A stretch of 64,000 bases of DNA from Takakia lepidozioides (taxonomy: Eukaryota > Plantae > Bryophyta): assembly GCA_030704615.1 (NCBI GenBank), contig CM060734.1:13082001-13146000 (forward strand), read 5' to 3'. A program made the translations under genes and the position numbers. The notes beneath the pieces are model-generated. The model searched no databases and was not told the DNA's origin. It saw only the letters and a list, made by a program, of their open reading frames with translations. Positions within the stretch are counted from its first letter, which is position 1, and every line of letters begins with the position of its first letter. Below, piece by piece: positions 23,440 through 37,436 of this stretch.

Positions 23440-26400
23440 ATCCCTTCAACTTATTGGCATTGACTCTTCCCAGCATCTCTTTGTTAATGGTTTGTAACAT
23501 GGCGGTGTTGTTATCATACATCTTCTGTATGACATAAGGTCCTTTCCATGGTGATTTAAGCTTAGAAGCCTTAATCTTCCCCTTCTTTTGCAACCACAGA
23601 ACCAAATCTCCCGTCTTAAAAGTCTTTAATTTACCTTCATCAAAACTGATCCTTCCTCTTCATCTGAATTCTGGTCATGTTATCAGCTGCATCAGCACGT
23701 ACTTCTTCCACATGGTATAATTCATGTTTCCTGACCTTAATTGAATCTTCCAATTCCATTCTCCTTCCCCATTCAGTTCTCATGGTAGGTAACAAGAATT
23801 CCACTGGAAGTAAAGCTTCCATACCATAAACTAATTGGAATGGTGTATACTTAGTGGTGACTTTATATGAAGTCCTGTATGACCACAAAGCTGTCAGCAA
23901 CTTTGTATCCCAATCTGTTCTGTTTGCATTGACTATCTTAGCCAAGATAGTACATAGTATTTTGTTGGTAGCCTCTGCCTGCCCATTACCCTGTGGGTAA
24001 TAAGTTGTACTCTTCCTATGCACAATCATGCTCTCTTTAGTCAATAGTTCTATGGTCTCATTAATGAAGTGACTTCCCTGGTCACGGATAAATTCCAGGG
24101 GACAGCCAAATCGTGTAAGTATGTTCTCATACAGGAATCTTGTTGTGGACTTAGCTGTGTTGTCCCTCAGAGCTTTAGCTTCCACCCACTTTGTAGTATA
24201 ATCAGTGGCTGTGATTATATATTTGTTCTGTGTATTCTTGGCTGGTGGGTTAATTGGTCCAACAAAGTCTAGTCCCCATTTCTGAAATGGTTCAGTAGGC
24301 ATCGTAGGATGCAAAGCCATCTTCCCAGATCTCTGCAATGGTCCTAGCCTCTGACACTCATCACAACTCTTACAATACTTGTGTACATCCTTGAACAAAG
24401 TAGGCCACCAGTAACCTGCAAGTAGTATCTTTCTACTGGTAGTCTCTTCTCCAACTTCCTCCAAAACTTTTATTTACTTCATGGTGGTACAATCATCGTT
24501 TTAAGTACTCCATCAGGTCCTAGCGTATACATTCTGCCCCCTACCATAGGTAAAGCCTTGATAGCGATTCTCTTCCTTTGCTCCTTTCCATAACTAGGTG
24601 GGCACTGACCATGAGTAAGGTAGTATCTGATTGGCCACTGCCAATCTAACCAGTCATTTGCACTTCCCTGCACCTCCACTGCAAATAAACTTGCATTAGG
24701 TAATTGGTTGTCTACTCCTGTGGCTGGCTCTCCTGTTGATAGGCATGACAAGTGATCTGCCACAAGATGCAAACGACCAGGCTTGTAAACAACCTCGAAC
24801 TCAAACTCGTGCAAGATTATTAACCACCTTGCTATCCTTCCACTTATCAAAGGTTTGTTCACCAGATTTATCAGAGCCTGGTGATCCACATAAAACATAA
24901 ACTTCATTCCCAATAGGTAATGCCTGAATTTCTTGACTGCATAAATCATTGCCAGTGCTTATCTTTCAGTTGTGCTATAGTTCCTTTCAACACTGTTCAT
25001 CAACCTGCTAGCATAGTACACAAGTGAATCTATATTTCCTGTAACATTTTGGGCTAACACTGCTCCCAACGCTTCTCCTGAGGCATCACAGTGAACATGA
25101 AATACTACATGCCAGTGAGGGTTAATCAGCACAGGTGTAGTTGTTACTGACAATGTAAGTTCCTCAAAAGCCTGTTGACATTCAGCTGTCCATGCAAACA
25201 CTGCATCTTTCTTCAGAAGCTTGCTCAATGGTGCTGCTATCTGTGCATACCGTCTGACAAATCTTCTGTAATAACTGGTTTGTCCAAGGAATCTCCTTAG
25301 ACTCTTAACATTTACTGGTGGTGGTGAGGCTTTAATGGCCTCTGTCTTTCTGGGATCCACAAGAAGTCCCCTCTTACACACAATGTGTCCCAAAAGCACC
25401 CCTGAGTTCACACAGAAAGTACACTTCTCTGGATTCAGGCCCAGACCTCTCATCCTGCATCTGGCCAAACATAACTCCAATTTATGCAAGTACTCATTCT
25501 TAGAGCTGTACACACTGAAATCATCCAAGAACACCTGCATGAAATCATCCAGATACTCATGAAAAGATTCACTTATCACTCTCTGAAAGGTTGCTGGTGC
25601 ATTACAAAGTCCAAAAGGCATGACTTTGTATGCATAAGCACCCCAGTCTGTGATGAAAGTTGTCTTTCCCTGGTCTTCTTCTGCCACTTGCACTTGATTA
25701 TAACCACTGAAGCCATCCATGAATGAGTACATCTCATGGCCTGCCACAGTGTCTATCGCTTCTATGAATGGCGAAGGGAAAGGATCTTTCTTTGTACAAG
25801 CATTCAACTTCTTATAGTTCACACAAACTCTCAGTTTACCATTCTTCTTGGGAACTATCACAATGGGTGACAACAAAGTTGTATACTCTATCGGGTATAT
25901 AAACTTAGCCTCAGCCAACTTCTTGATCTCTTCTCCAACCTTCTATGCATAGTTGGGATTCATTCTGTACCTTGCCTGTTTGATTGGTTCTTACCCTGGT
26001 TCCAGTTCAATCTTATGCTGACAGATCTCAGGTGGTATCCCTTTCAGATCCTCGTAGCTCCAAGCAAATACATCTCTGTATTTGATGAACAGACTCTTAG
26101 CTTCCTCAAAGAATTCTGGCTCCAAATCAGCCCCTACCTTCACCATCCTCGGTTCCCCTTCAGTTCCCACATTCACTTCTCTCACCTGCTCATCAGCTGT
26201 GATTGTCCACCCAGTCACCACTTCATCCTGTAAACTCACAGCGGCTGGTTCCTCTAGGATTTCCATTTCTCCTTCTCTTTCTTCATAGAAATGTGGTGGG
26301 TAACTGCTTGTTTCACCCTCAATTGGTGTTGCTGTCACTACACCACAACATATACCTTTTAAACAACTTAGGCCTTCCAGTTGCATCTCTGCAACCTGCT

Positions 26401-27043
26401 CCCACTCTGGGTGTGCAGCGAACAGGGTAGCTTCCTGCTCCTCATCAAGTCCTCCCCTCCAGTCATACTCCCTGACCCCTCGAGGTCTTCTCGTAGCAAG
26501 TAATCTACTAGATTTCTTAGTGGTGATTTGTATCTTGTGCATCCCATCATGCACAGTTAGTAACTGGGAATTCCAGTCATGGAATACCCTGGCCTGTTTC
26601 AGCCACGGTCGACCCAGCAATAAGGAGTAAGCTTCCATGACTTCATCCATTTTCAACACAGTTACTGTGATCTTAAAGATCATCTTTTGAATCTGTATCT
26701 TAACTCCTCTTATCAATCCCAATGGTTGAACACTTCTTTGATCTGCCATTGTTACTATAAATGGGGCTGGTTTTATGTTACTTAGACCAAGCTTTTGCCT
26801 CAATTGGTCTGTCATGATATTCACTCCAGAGCCTCTATCTATCAGTACATCAGTTAGTTCTGTGCTTCCAATTCTCAATTGGATTACTGGCATAGAATCA
26901 TCAAAGTCCATGACTGTTTCTCGCCCTTCCGGCTTCACATTATAACTGGTCACCTTGTTGTTCGGGTCTGTGTTCCCTGTCACATAAGTAATCCGATTGA
27001 TTGCTTGATACAGCCTGTGTCTACAATAAGGTGCCACAGCCAA
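23440..27043 (-). pseudogene. pol: aspartic protease, RT, RNase H, integrase
   Basis: VLIDRGSGVNIM / LLLGRPWL (PR); YSFMDGFSGYNQ, MPFGLCNAPATFQR, FLDDFSVY (RT); VHCDASGEALGAVL, YVDHQAL (RNase H); [38 protein letters not shown] (INT). Confidence 0.93.
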
Positions 27044-27046
27044 TAG

Positions 27047-28890
27047 TTATCCAATGGTAATCTCCGCTTTGGACTGGCATATTACTTCAGCCAAAGTCCC
27101 TTCATTACTCTGCATTTCTGCAGCTTCTTTCTTCCCTTCATCCTCACTCACTTCCTCTTCTCTTTCAGAATCAGAGGAATCTGCCATAGGAATATCAGTA
27201 CTATTCTGCATTTCCCTTATGGTATCTGCCACTTCCTTGTGCAGTTCCTTCTCATCTCTCCAAGCCTCATCATCTTTAGGCACATCACTGCCATCTTTCA
27301 TTATCATCACCCCATTAGGTCCTCGCCCTTGGTCTGTTCTGGGATTGTTTCTGTAATCCTGATTCCCTGGCTGGTAATTCCCCCTTGGATTACCCTGATA
27401 GTTGCCTCTGGAATTTCCTTGGTAATTCCCTCTTGGATTACCTCTCCCTTCCATGCCATTGTTATAACCACTAGGCCTACCATAGTGGTCCTGATCACTG
27501 TTTCTTCTTGGCTAGGGCTGCACTTGATGCACCCTTACTTGCCTAGGTTCTCTTGCTGCTGTCCTTCTGTTGTAGTAACAATTCTTAGTAGAATGGTTAT
27601 CCATTTTACAGATAATACAATGTTTCTCCTTCATGTGGCATTCAGTGGTGGTATGGCCTTCATTCTGGCATTTTGCACACCAAACACCCTTCCTCCAATG
27701 TGTTGCAACCTCTGTGGCATACTTCTTCAAGATTTCTCCCTCTTCAACTTTTCCTTCCTCTTACTCTTCCTCTTAAGCTCTTGCTCTTCTTCCTCATCTG
27801 ACTCATCCTTAGAGTCCTCATCATCCCTTTTCTCTCTCCTGAGCATTCCCAATTGCTCAATTCTGTTCGCTGTTTCAAATGCCTCTTCCACTGTATTATG
27901 GGGTAATATATCCACTTTCTTTTGCAACTCTGGTCTTAGTCCACTCACAAACCAAGTCTTCTGTAAACCCGGTGCTGGTACAGCAGCCAGCTTTTTCATC
28001 ATTAATTCCATCTTTTCCATATACTCCTCAACAGTTTCATGCTTCTTTTGCTTTAACTGTTGTAAACTTCCATACACTTCATCCTCAGTTTTACTTGTCC
28101 TGAACCTATTTCGGAATGTTGTATTCAAGCCATTCCAGGTTAGGAAATGTTTATCAGGGAATCTTGCATACCATTCACTTGCTTTCTTTATAAGTGAATC
28201 AGGAAACAGTCTCATCTTGGCATCATCGCCATTCTCATTGTTCACAATACACATGTGCTCAAATTGGCTAATGTGTACATCAAGATCCCCTTTTCTTGAA
28301 TATATTGGAAAATGTGGTTTTGCCCGTGTTGGTTGTAACGCCATCTGTGGCCCTACCTTCTGCCCACTGACAGATGCTGGCACCTTTGCTGGTGCTGGTC
28401 CTTGAGGACCTGTTGTAGTTGTGGTGGATCTTCCACCCAGTGGTGGCCCCTGAGCACTCCCTGCTACTGGCCCCACGATATTCACAGTATTCCCAGCTCC
28501 AGTTGCACTACTTCCCACACTCCCTGTCCCCCCAGAGCCAGATCCAGGCTGCCCGCCTGTTCCCCCTGAGCCGACACCTTCGTTGGCCTGTGATCCAAGT
28601 GCTCCACTTGATCCAGGTCCAACGGGTTGGGATGTCCTGGTTGTAGTCTCACTCAGCTGCTGGGTCTACTTCTTCATACTCTTCATCTTCCAATTTCTTC
28701 TCCCTGTTTTCATCTTCCAAGTTCTGCCCTTGGGTTTCTTCTTCTTCACTTATGTAACTCAATTGCAATGGTGTTGGAGAGTTTGAACTCTCCGTTGGCT
28801 CTGCCACATCCTCTCCTCCTTCTTCATCTTCTATTTCAGAAACTAGAATTCCTGCTTTTGGTGTTCCATGCCAACTCTTATCAAAGATTT
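27047..28890 (-). pseudogene. gag with retrotransposon gag domain and two CCHC zinc knuckles
   Basis: ASEWYARF..LKQKKHETVEEYMEKM..FVSGLRPELQ; CAKCQNEGHTTTEC and CIICKMDNHSTKNC. Confidence 0.88.
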
Positions 28891-31800
28891 ATGTCAAATC
28901 TTTTATCCATGGATGCACAAATCGCAAGCCAACACCACACAACGTGCAGAAGGACCCTCGCCCTTCCGAAAGACGGGGCTCGCAAGGTTGGCGTGCGTAA
29001 GAAGTTGGACGTGATACGTCCAACGTAACGGCTCACTGCAAAAGATGAGCGCACCCCACGTGCAAAATGTGCCATGCAAGCCATACACGCGGCAGCGGCC
29101 CATTCAATGCGCATGAGAAAGATCTAATGTCCCGGCGGCGCAATAATTACCGCCGTCAGGGTCTGCAGTACTGGTCTGTCCTAAGTCTCCGTCAGTCCGG
29201 TCCGCCCCTGGGGTCTGCCATCGGGGTCTGCCCTTCTAGTCTGCCCTTCCGGTCCTCTGGTCTATTGAAGTGATATGTCGAAGTGGTCTGCTCTTCTGGT
29301 GTGCCATAGTGGTCTGCTATTCTGGTCTGCTCTTCTGGTCTGCCCCATGCTGGCAACGTTTTCGTGTACAATATGCATTCCATGGAAGGGTCTGTCGGCG
29401 GGGTCACTAAGGAAGGCCATCCATTTGACCATTTGAATGGTCCCCTCTATCGGTCTGTCGATCGGGTCTCTGTCATGCATCCATATGGAAGGTCCACTAG
29501 TTGGGTGCGCAACAAATTTCGCCGGACATTCCCACTGGCAAGGTCCACACGCTGGGTCCACCTGCAAACAACATTGAAGACACGCAACTCGGAAGCAAAT
29601 CTGAATTTTATATAGCCAACCATGCACATATGCTTCCACCATTTTTGCAATGTTGTTCTACACATGCAGGTATATGGAGGACTCGCCTCAAACAAGAGAA
29701 TGAGACAAGGGAAAGAATGATTCACAATTGCTGTCCACCAAAATGACTCGTTGAATACTTCCAATTGTTAGTAAAGAGCTACATACTTCCAACCATTTTC
29801 ACTTCCATTCAAGTCTTTACTGTAAATTACTCAACGTAAACACGGACGCGTTGCGCATATGGACCACTGTTTCAACATCACAACCATGCACAACCCTAAA
29901 CATGGCAATGGCCCCTGTTGAATAAAATTAACGACCTCTTCCGCGCCCTCATGCAGTCCCCTGCATAGGCAAACAACAAAGCAAAAATAATAGAAGCATA
30001 TGAACGAAGGAGGCTGTGGCCTGAAATGATGGACTCCGACGTTGTGCCGGAAGTCCACGACTCCTTCGCATTGAGTCATGCTCCAAGATTCTTCACAACC
30101 GCGCTTACAACGTCGCAGAAATCTGTTGGGTCCAAACAGTCAAACAAGAAACAAGAAACAAGAAACAGCAAAAGGCAGGGAAGACAAAACGAGGAACAAG
30201 GGAAGACGAAAGAGGAGGAAACAGAAAAAGAGCAGTGGGGTCCTAGGAGCCGATCGGCAGTTGCGATGCGATGCCCTAAATCCGGACGGTCTGGATAGAA
30301 CTGGGGTTGGACGGGCAGATACGCGTCACGTCTACTCGGGTCTGCTCGGATGTGCGCGGGTTTGGCGTGGTCTGCCGCAACGAGAAGGGTGGACCCAGCC
30401 GCGGGCAGACCCAGCGACGGACCCAACGGCGGCCAGTCGGGTGGACCCAGCCGCGGGTGGGCCGGGGGGACACGAGGGCGACCCCGCGTCCGTGCGTTGC
30501 CTGGCCCACACATGAGACTTTAAGACCCAATTAATCTAAAATGAGAGGCCTTATTTATCTAGGTCCTTATTCACTTATCGAAGCCAAAAATGTGGCTATA
30601 GCCCTTCAAATTAATACCCTCTTTGCCTGACACGTAGCACCTGGAACAGCAAACATAAAATATGGCCTGCACTTTGAAAGTTTGAAGGGGGCCGATGAGT
30701 ATGTGTTTCAAAGGCAACATGGCGGTGGTAGATGTAGGCTGTCGGTTGGTCAGCCTCAAGACGTCAAACTCATTTTCATTCATTTTCTGAGAAGCATGGT
30801 GAACGCGAGTCGTCCAAAGGAATTACCTGCAGGCTGGTCTCCCCCGTAGTTAAGAATTGGGCTGAAAACCCGAAAAGATTACCTGCAGGGAGGTAACCCC
30901 CTTTGTCAAAACGCAACAGGGAGGCAATTCCGACTTTTCTGCCGGATCAGCTAGCTCAAAACCGTTGTTCTTCAGAGCCCAGCCTCCCCATCAAGGTCCC
31001 ACGAAACGAGTGAAAAAAGTTTGTTTGTTTGTTTGTTTGTTTGTTTGTTTTTTTTTTTTTTTTCCCCACTCTGCCTGTTCGCGGCCTTCCGTGGCTCTAA
31101 CCGCCATGACTTCCCACGCTTCCCGGCCACGGCCTGCCATAGGCACGAACCGGCCCCAAGTGCCTCCTGTGATACCCTCATGGTATCACGACCACGACCC
31201 CTCAATGGCCACTACCACGGCCTGGGTTCGTGGCATCCCGTGGCACCATGACCACGACACGGCCATGGTCCACGGTCCACGGTCCACGGCCACTATTCAC
31301 GACCCTGACCAGGGCCTGTGGTATCTCGTGATACTGGCACCACGACCCATCACGTCACGACCACGGTCACCGTTCACGTGCATTCCTAGGAACTCGCCAC
31401 GAGTTCCCACGTGTTCCCAAGGCATTCCCACGCGTTCCCGAGCTTTCCCCGAGCTGGGGTTTGCTCCTGCACCTGCTGCCGACGAGCTATGGCTTCTGCA
31501 AAGCCACCAGACCTACTGTCATGCTCTCTTGGGCTCTCATGGCCCACCAGAGGCGCCCTCAACTCACCAAACAAGCTCTTGGCTCTCCAACAAACTCTCT
31601 TGCTCCATGAAACTCACAAAATGAAGCTGGAAAATACACACCTTTGCCACCTTGGTGCACTTGCATCTCTCATGCATATTCCCTGGCTCTAGGATGCCTC
31701 GTTGCTGCCCTTCTAGCCCCACTCTTGCCACTCCAAGAGCCCTTATAGTGCTAGAGTTTCATATTGAACTTTCCAACTCAAGCACATGCTTCACAAGTGC

Positions 31801-32592
31801 ACTGATTTGCACACAAGAGGGACAACCCCATCTCTTCACTCATACCTCTTCATGAGCTTGGAGCTGAAGCTCCCAACAGGCTGCGATGCATCCCCTCGCA
31901 GCTCCACTATTCGGCTGCTCCTCATCTACCCGCAACAACTAGTTTCGGGCAAAAATACCTGGAGCTGATCATATCATCTCCAACCTGCAACACGCTAGCT
32001 TCCCATGCGCAGCCCACATTCCTGCAGCTCCTTAACTCGGCCTGCAGCTGAAGAAGACGACCACCAGTTCGCCCACTCGTGGCTAGCATCTCCTCCGCTT
32101 GCAGCGTAGCTACGGCGTGAGCCCAGCCCCGTGAGCCTAGGAGCTGAGCTCACGTTGTAGCTGCAAAGCGTGAGCGGCACAAATTTGCTGGAGAAGCAGG
32201 TCCTATAGGCGAGGATTGCAAGAAGAGGGCCTATTACCGTGGACAAAACAAAGGGGGCCACCATGCACCATGTCTGCAATGCCTGCAGAAAAAGAGGAAT
32301 ATGAAAATATGGCAGAATTGAGCTCAGAATGATTGACACACTTTATTTCAATTCACAGATAGACGCTTACAATGAATGGCATGTGCATTTGCCCTGGTTC
32401 CATGAACAAAATGTATGTGTTTGTCCTAAATGCAAAGTCTTCACACGGTAACCTGGAAACCAGCGTGGGAAGCGGGCATGGCTCGTATGTGTTCACAGAG
32501 AATTTGGCGGAGCCCTACGTGAGGTGTCCCGCTGCAGAAGGGTGATGACTTCTCCGTAGCCTAGTATGGCTTGGTGAATGAATTGGTCTCTC

Positions 32593-35500
32593 TTACCGTC
32601 TAATTACAAGGTATATGTAATATTGATGCTTGCAGGGGACCCACTTCCCTCTCATGCCGAGAGCGCCCTCACGCATCGTTACAAAATCCGGACAAGTGCA
32701 AGTAGGGAAATTCCCCACGGTAACCTGATATTCTTTGCCATGAAGAACTGAGCCAATAGACAGCACTGTGTAAGTCCGTCCATACCCCGGGGCAGGGACT
32801 TCGGTGATACGAGCCACCCGAGCCTGCAAAATTCTAGCCGATTCCATCTTGCATTCGTGATCTGCACCCGAAGCGACACGGCGCACTATTTTTCCATCTC
32901 TTTTTGTTGGGTGGGAGTCGGCACCGGGTGGAGGCATTGCCGGAGCATGTGGCACATCTGTGCCGACAGTGCATAAGGGCACCACCCGGGACCGCGCAAG
33001 ACAAAACCCTCCCTCCTCCAGCATGCTTATCTCGGTTGTTGACAGCGACGTCCCAAGTTTCACAGGCCAAATTGCGGGGGGAGAGGGTTTCATTATCACC
33101 GAAGGACGAACTGTTCCCTTGACGCATCGTGCCATATCGTCTGGGCAGAACCAGAACTTGTGGTCCTTTGACTCCCCACTATGATAAGGTCGGAACAACC
33201 CTGTGAATGTTGGAGCTGGAGTCCCCCTGGAGCCTTTGCATATTTTTGATTTGCATTTCTTGAAAGAGGGGGTCCGAATTGCCATGCAAACAACTCTAGA
33301 TCCTGGGGGTGCGTTGCTATATGCCACTCACTATCAATGCAATCAGATTCCTGCACCATGGCCACCACCTCCTCCAATGGGATTCCTGCTGCTGTGCTTG
33401 CATGTTTTGCACCTGCTCCACTGGAAGAGGACCCACCTGGGAAGGGGCTGGCACACGACTTACTCTGCACTGGAGACACCTTTGGCATAGAGAAATTGAC
33501 CCTGTCTGGGCGATGGGAATCTCCATCTGACCCTGGAAGAGTGTTCAATTTCCTTTTGCATGATCCAAATCTTTCCTCGCCTTCCAAATGTGGGAGCCTG
33601 GATTGCAAAGGGGAGCCTTCAGTGCACCTGTTCAGAGCTCTGGCCATCTTCGATGGGTCTCCGGACCTACTCACAGCCCTTAGCATCAACAAAGTCGTAC
33701 CGGGGCCCATGCCCCCACCCCGTCCCATCAGAAAATTGCGGTATCTGGTTTGTTGTGTAAGTGCCCGCACCATGTCATCAGCAGTGGCCACATACAAGTC
33801 ACGACCTGCTTTGGTAGATTGCTGCATCCAGGCGTTGTGAACAGTCTCCGCCAAATTACAGGATGGCATGTCGGCCAAGTCCTCCAAGGACATGTCCTGT
33901 AGGAGGCATTGCATGGAAATGTGAGGAACAAAAGGAAATGGAAGAGGTTCTGCAAGCGACAATCCAAGAACCCCAAATGAACAGGCACGATGCAAAATTT
34001 GTGTTTTTGGGATTGAAGAGGCTTACCGCCGTCATGAAAGCTCCCCACTGTTTGTACCTGAAGTGCCAGAAAACCAACCAGTCCTCCAACTCCTTCAGGT
34101 GGATACCAGTAGCAGCACCAGAGGAGAACCACCAAGCCCGGATTGCCTGGTAAGTGCTCTTAGCTTCTCCCATTGAGGTGGCATTTTTGTACTTGAGACA
34201 GAGCCTTCTGTGCTCCAACTGAAGGTCAAGGCGAATGCAGCGCTTTGTATGACGTGCCAGAGATTGACTCCAATGGAAGAGGCATGTGCGCTCCCTATTT
34301 TCCATTGGGACCTTAGGATCCCCCGAACTAAACACGCGCCGCACTGCATTGAAATTTGACTGTGCACTATCAGCCATGAAGCCCGCAAAATTTGTGTTCT
34401 GTATTCCATTGCGCTGCATGACGGCCAGGAGCGAATTCCACATGAGCATCTGGGATTCAGTGTCCTCCGACTGCATATCACAAATTGCTATTGAGAGCAC
34501 ACGCTGGTACGCTGGATCATACACATGGCACGCCATGGTTGTCCAACCCTTCACCCGTTTGCAGTGACCAAACATCAACCAACATTTAGCCAAATCTCCT
34601 CCAGGTTGCATTCGGCGGACAATGCTCACACCACTGCCTTCGCCCACTGCGGACATCTTGAACAAATACACCTTGGACGAGCCTTGGCCAGGGAAGATAC
34701 TGTTTTGAATGAATTCATAGCGACTTCTCCGTTTGAGGTCCATAATGTTGTCCATGAATCCAGCAGTGCCTGTGCCGACTCTGATTGCATTCCCCTGGTT
34801 TCGAATATTGGGAGAGCTCATCACGGAGAAATGGTCCATCACTGCATCAAGCAAATCTGTATCCAGCATTGGTTGTGTCGAATCCCCTTCACCCAGTATG
34901 TGTTTTTCCAGGAAAGCCTTGCTAGCTGCAAGCGCTATAGCAGAAGGTGTTGCACAAGGGGCATTGTGGAACTCCTGCTTCAGCAATTTCTAGCGATGTC
35001 CACGCTATCCCTGCAACTTCCTTTGGACACAGGATGCTCGTGTGCACCCATATGAATGCAGGCACGAGTCATTGTCTTGCATCGGTGTGCCACCTGGTAC
35101 ATACGAGCGTGGCACACAGAAACACAGGACGGGGAAAGTTTGCAGAACCTGCACACAAAAGTATTGGTCTTGGGAGGGCAGTCCTGGGTGCAAAGATTCA
35201 TCAGGGGCACACCTTCCCACTCACTTTCGTTTGATTGAGCGATGTTTCTCATCCGAGGGCAAGAATATTTAGAGCACTTGCAATGCCAACGCAAACCGAC
35301 CTTCAAAATTTCAATCCAATGTCGTTGTGGATGTTCGACGTTTTTGTCCTGCACCAAGGGTGTCCGTCATGTTTCTTGTCCATGCCTCCAGAAGCCCAGC
35401 CAATCCATTGGAAGACGTGGAGGGTTGAGCTCAAACAGATGTCCCCATCAAACTCTGCCGGCACGTATTGAACCCGCTGCACAACGAAGGGACTCCCAAT

Positions 35501-35697
35501 CAACAAAACGCATCTCGCTCTTGCACCCAGGAACCCCTGCAAGGGCTTTCAATTTTGGGAATGACACTCGTTATCTCTTGCAATTCGTCATCATCCAAAA
35601 TGGAGTCTGCACTGGCGGAGGGAATCTCAGAAACATCCTCCGAGGACGAGTTTTGAAGAGTCACGAATGTAGTGGATGTGCTCACCTCTTGTTTCAC
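32593..35697 (-). pseudogene. MULE transposase: GCM/WRKY-like N-terminal zinc domain, DDE core, SWIM finger; frameshifted and spliced
   Basis: DGHPW..CRFCK..C..RACIHMGAHEHP (N-terminal zinc domain); WLMFGHCKRV..WTTMACHVYD..FMADSAQ..CLFHW (CxxH motif)..CNLAETVH (E); CTCPDF..PCKH (SWIM). The 5' boundary is approximate. Confidence 0.85.
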
Positions 35698-36914
35698 CTG
35701 AACCTGTGCCCTTTTGCTGCACGACCGATGCTGCAGTTCCAGGGGTAATGACTGATCCTGCTGATTGTCTTCTCTCTTTTCAAGAGCAACGGTATGTGCC
35801 TGGAAGGACTCTCCACTTCCTTCCTACTCGCCAACCAATGGTTTCTCCAAGTGTCCTGAATCCAAATTCCTATCCCTCGTCATACACCTCTTTTTGAACA
35901 AGCAGAGAACCCAATTCCAGTGGGAACACTGTAACCAGCTCATCCTCATGAACAACTGCAAACCCATCGTCGTCTGCAGTGGCAGTTAGTGGAAGGCTAC
36001 TTGCATTGGAATGAAATCGGGCGAGTCTATCTCGCTCCCTCGACATGTTTTCCTACGCTGACCGAAAGTTGCTCACAACGGAATCCCCGAATTGATAGCC
36101 CGTAATTCTCGAAAGGGGATCCACCACAAACAAATTGAGGTCAACAAGGGTAGCACTAACCCAAAGGCTGCGGGTGATGCATCAAAAGGATGTAGGAATG
36201 ACATGCACTGAACTTCGCAGACAACCACGCTGAGAGACTCCAACCAGAAAAACTGTTTTCAAAGACAAGAAGCCACAAGAAGCCGTGCTGTTTTTGGATG
36301 AAAAACAAACCCTGAACATGACATGAAACCATCCATTATGGAAAGACGGCAACAACCCTGGAGAGCAGTAAACAGGAAGACCCCGAATGTAATGAGGTTG
36401 TGCTGTGCCAGAAGAGCACAGCACAAACACTGACACTCCAAGAGTCACCTCGCACGGATGTGTGCACAAGATCATTTCCGACACAACCCTTTATACCGAA
36501 TGACCCCATGGCGATGATGATGGCAAAATGCAAACCACAGGGTAGGCAGTACGACACACGTGGATGCATATGTGAAGCATAACATTTATGGCGAATCTGC
36601 AAGAACTGCTCGAAATTGAACTAGCATTAGATTTCTACGGCACTTCCGAATTTGAAAGAATGCAAGAAGGCTACCATGTATTGGCAGATGGCGAAGTACA
36701 TCTAATATATATCACAAGTACATGCAACGGATGTACATATTTTCTAGCACTTTATTTCTTGGATAATACAAAGACGCCGAAATGGATGAATTCCGTTCAC
36801 ACACAATAACAACACCCGCATCCAAATACGGTTGACAATGTCCAATTTTGATTTTGGTTACATGCCATAGCAACCCTTGTTGCAAACGTCAAACTGGAGA
36901 GCTCTAGAGGCATC

Positions 36915-37355
36915 GTGGGGAGCCCTTGTTTCCAGCGGAGGAGGAAGAGAAAGAAGTCATTATACTTCACGAGCTCTAGAAACAGGAATAGAGCCAGATA
37001 TAGAATGAGGATGGAAAGAGTGGACGAAGCGGAAAAGGCGGAAGAAGAGGGCAAAGAGGAAAGTATGGCGATGGAAGAGCAGGAATCCGGAGAGGAACAA
37101 CAACCTGCCAAAGTTCCAAGAACAGATGAGGAGGACACTGCATCCGAGGGAGAGACAGACGCCAAAGATGATGTTGATGCTGGCCTCACGAAGAACCTCA
37201 TAGTGGAAGAGAGGATGGGGGAGATGCTCCAACATGCGATGCGTGGGGAGCAGTCCGAAGCGCAAAGGGTCCCCGGCGATTGGGGAGTCTTCTCGAGCAG
37301 CCCAAAAAAAGGTACAATCTTTGAAAACCACCTTTGTGCTTCATTGCTGATGTGA
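36915..37355 (+). CDS. Basic/acidic low-complexity ORF, possibly the first exon of the cargo gene
   Basis: RRRKRKK (NLS-like) plus an E/D-rich tract. Candidate GT donor at 37312; joining to the 39838 exon needs a 1-nt slip in the A7 run. Confidence 0.35.
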   Translation: MGSPCFQRRRKRKKSLYFTSSRNRNRARYRMRMERVDEAEKAEEEGKEESMAMEEQESGEEQQPAKVPRTDEEDTASEGETDAKDDVDAGLTKNLIVEERMGEMLQHAMRGEQSEAQRVPGDWGVFSSSPKKGTIFENHLCASLLM

Positions 37356-37436
37356 ACCCCAGTTGAGATTGTATTTCGATATGAACATAGTCTACACACG
37401 GCATCTCTGCCAGGTTGCATCAACCGCGAACAAGAA

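Larger units (their letters stand above)
18243..28890 (-). mobile_element. Non-chromovirus Ty3/gypsy element (Athila/Tat/Phygy-like): gag, PR, RT, RNase H, INT, extra ORF, PPT, LTR; 5' LTR missing
   Basis: Domain order and motifs given in the component features; stops and frameshifts throughout. Confidence 0.92.

Noticed and set aside
27239-28405. 388-aa hydrophobic plus-strand ORF
   Set aside because: Antisense shadow of the purine-rich gag.
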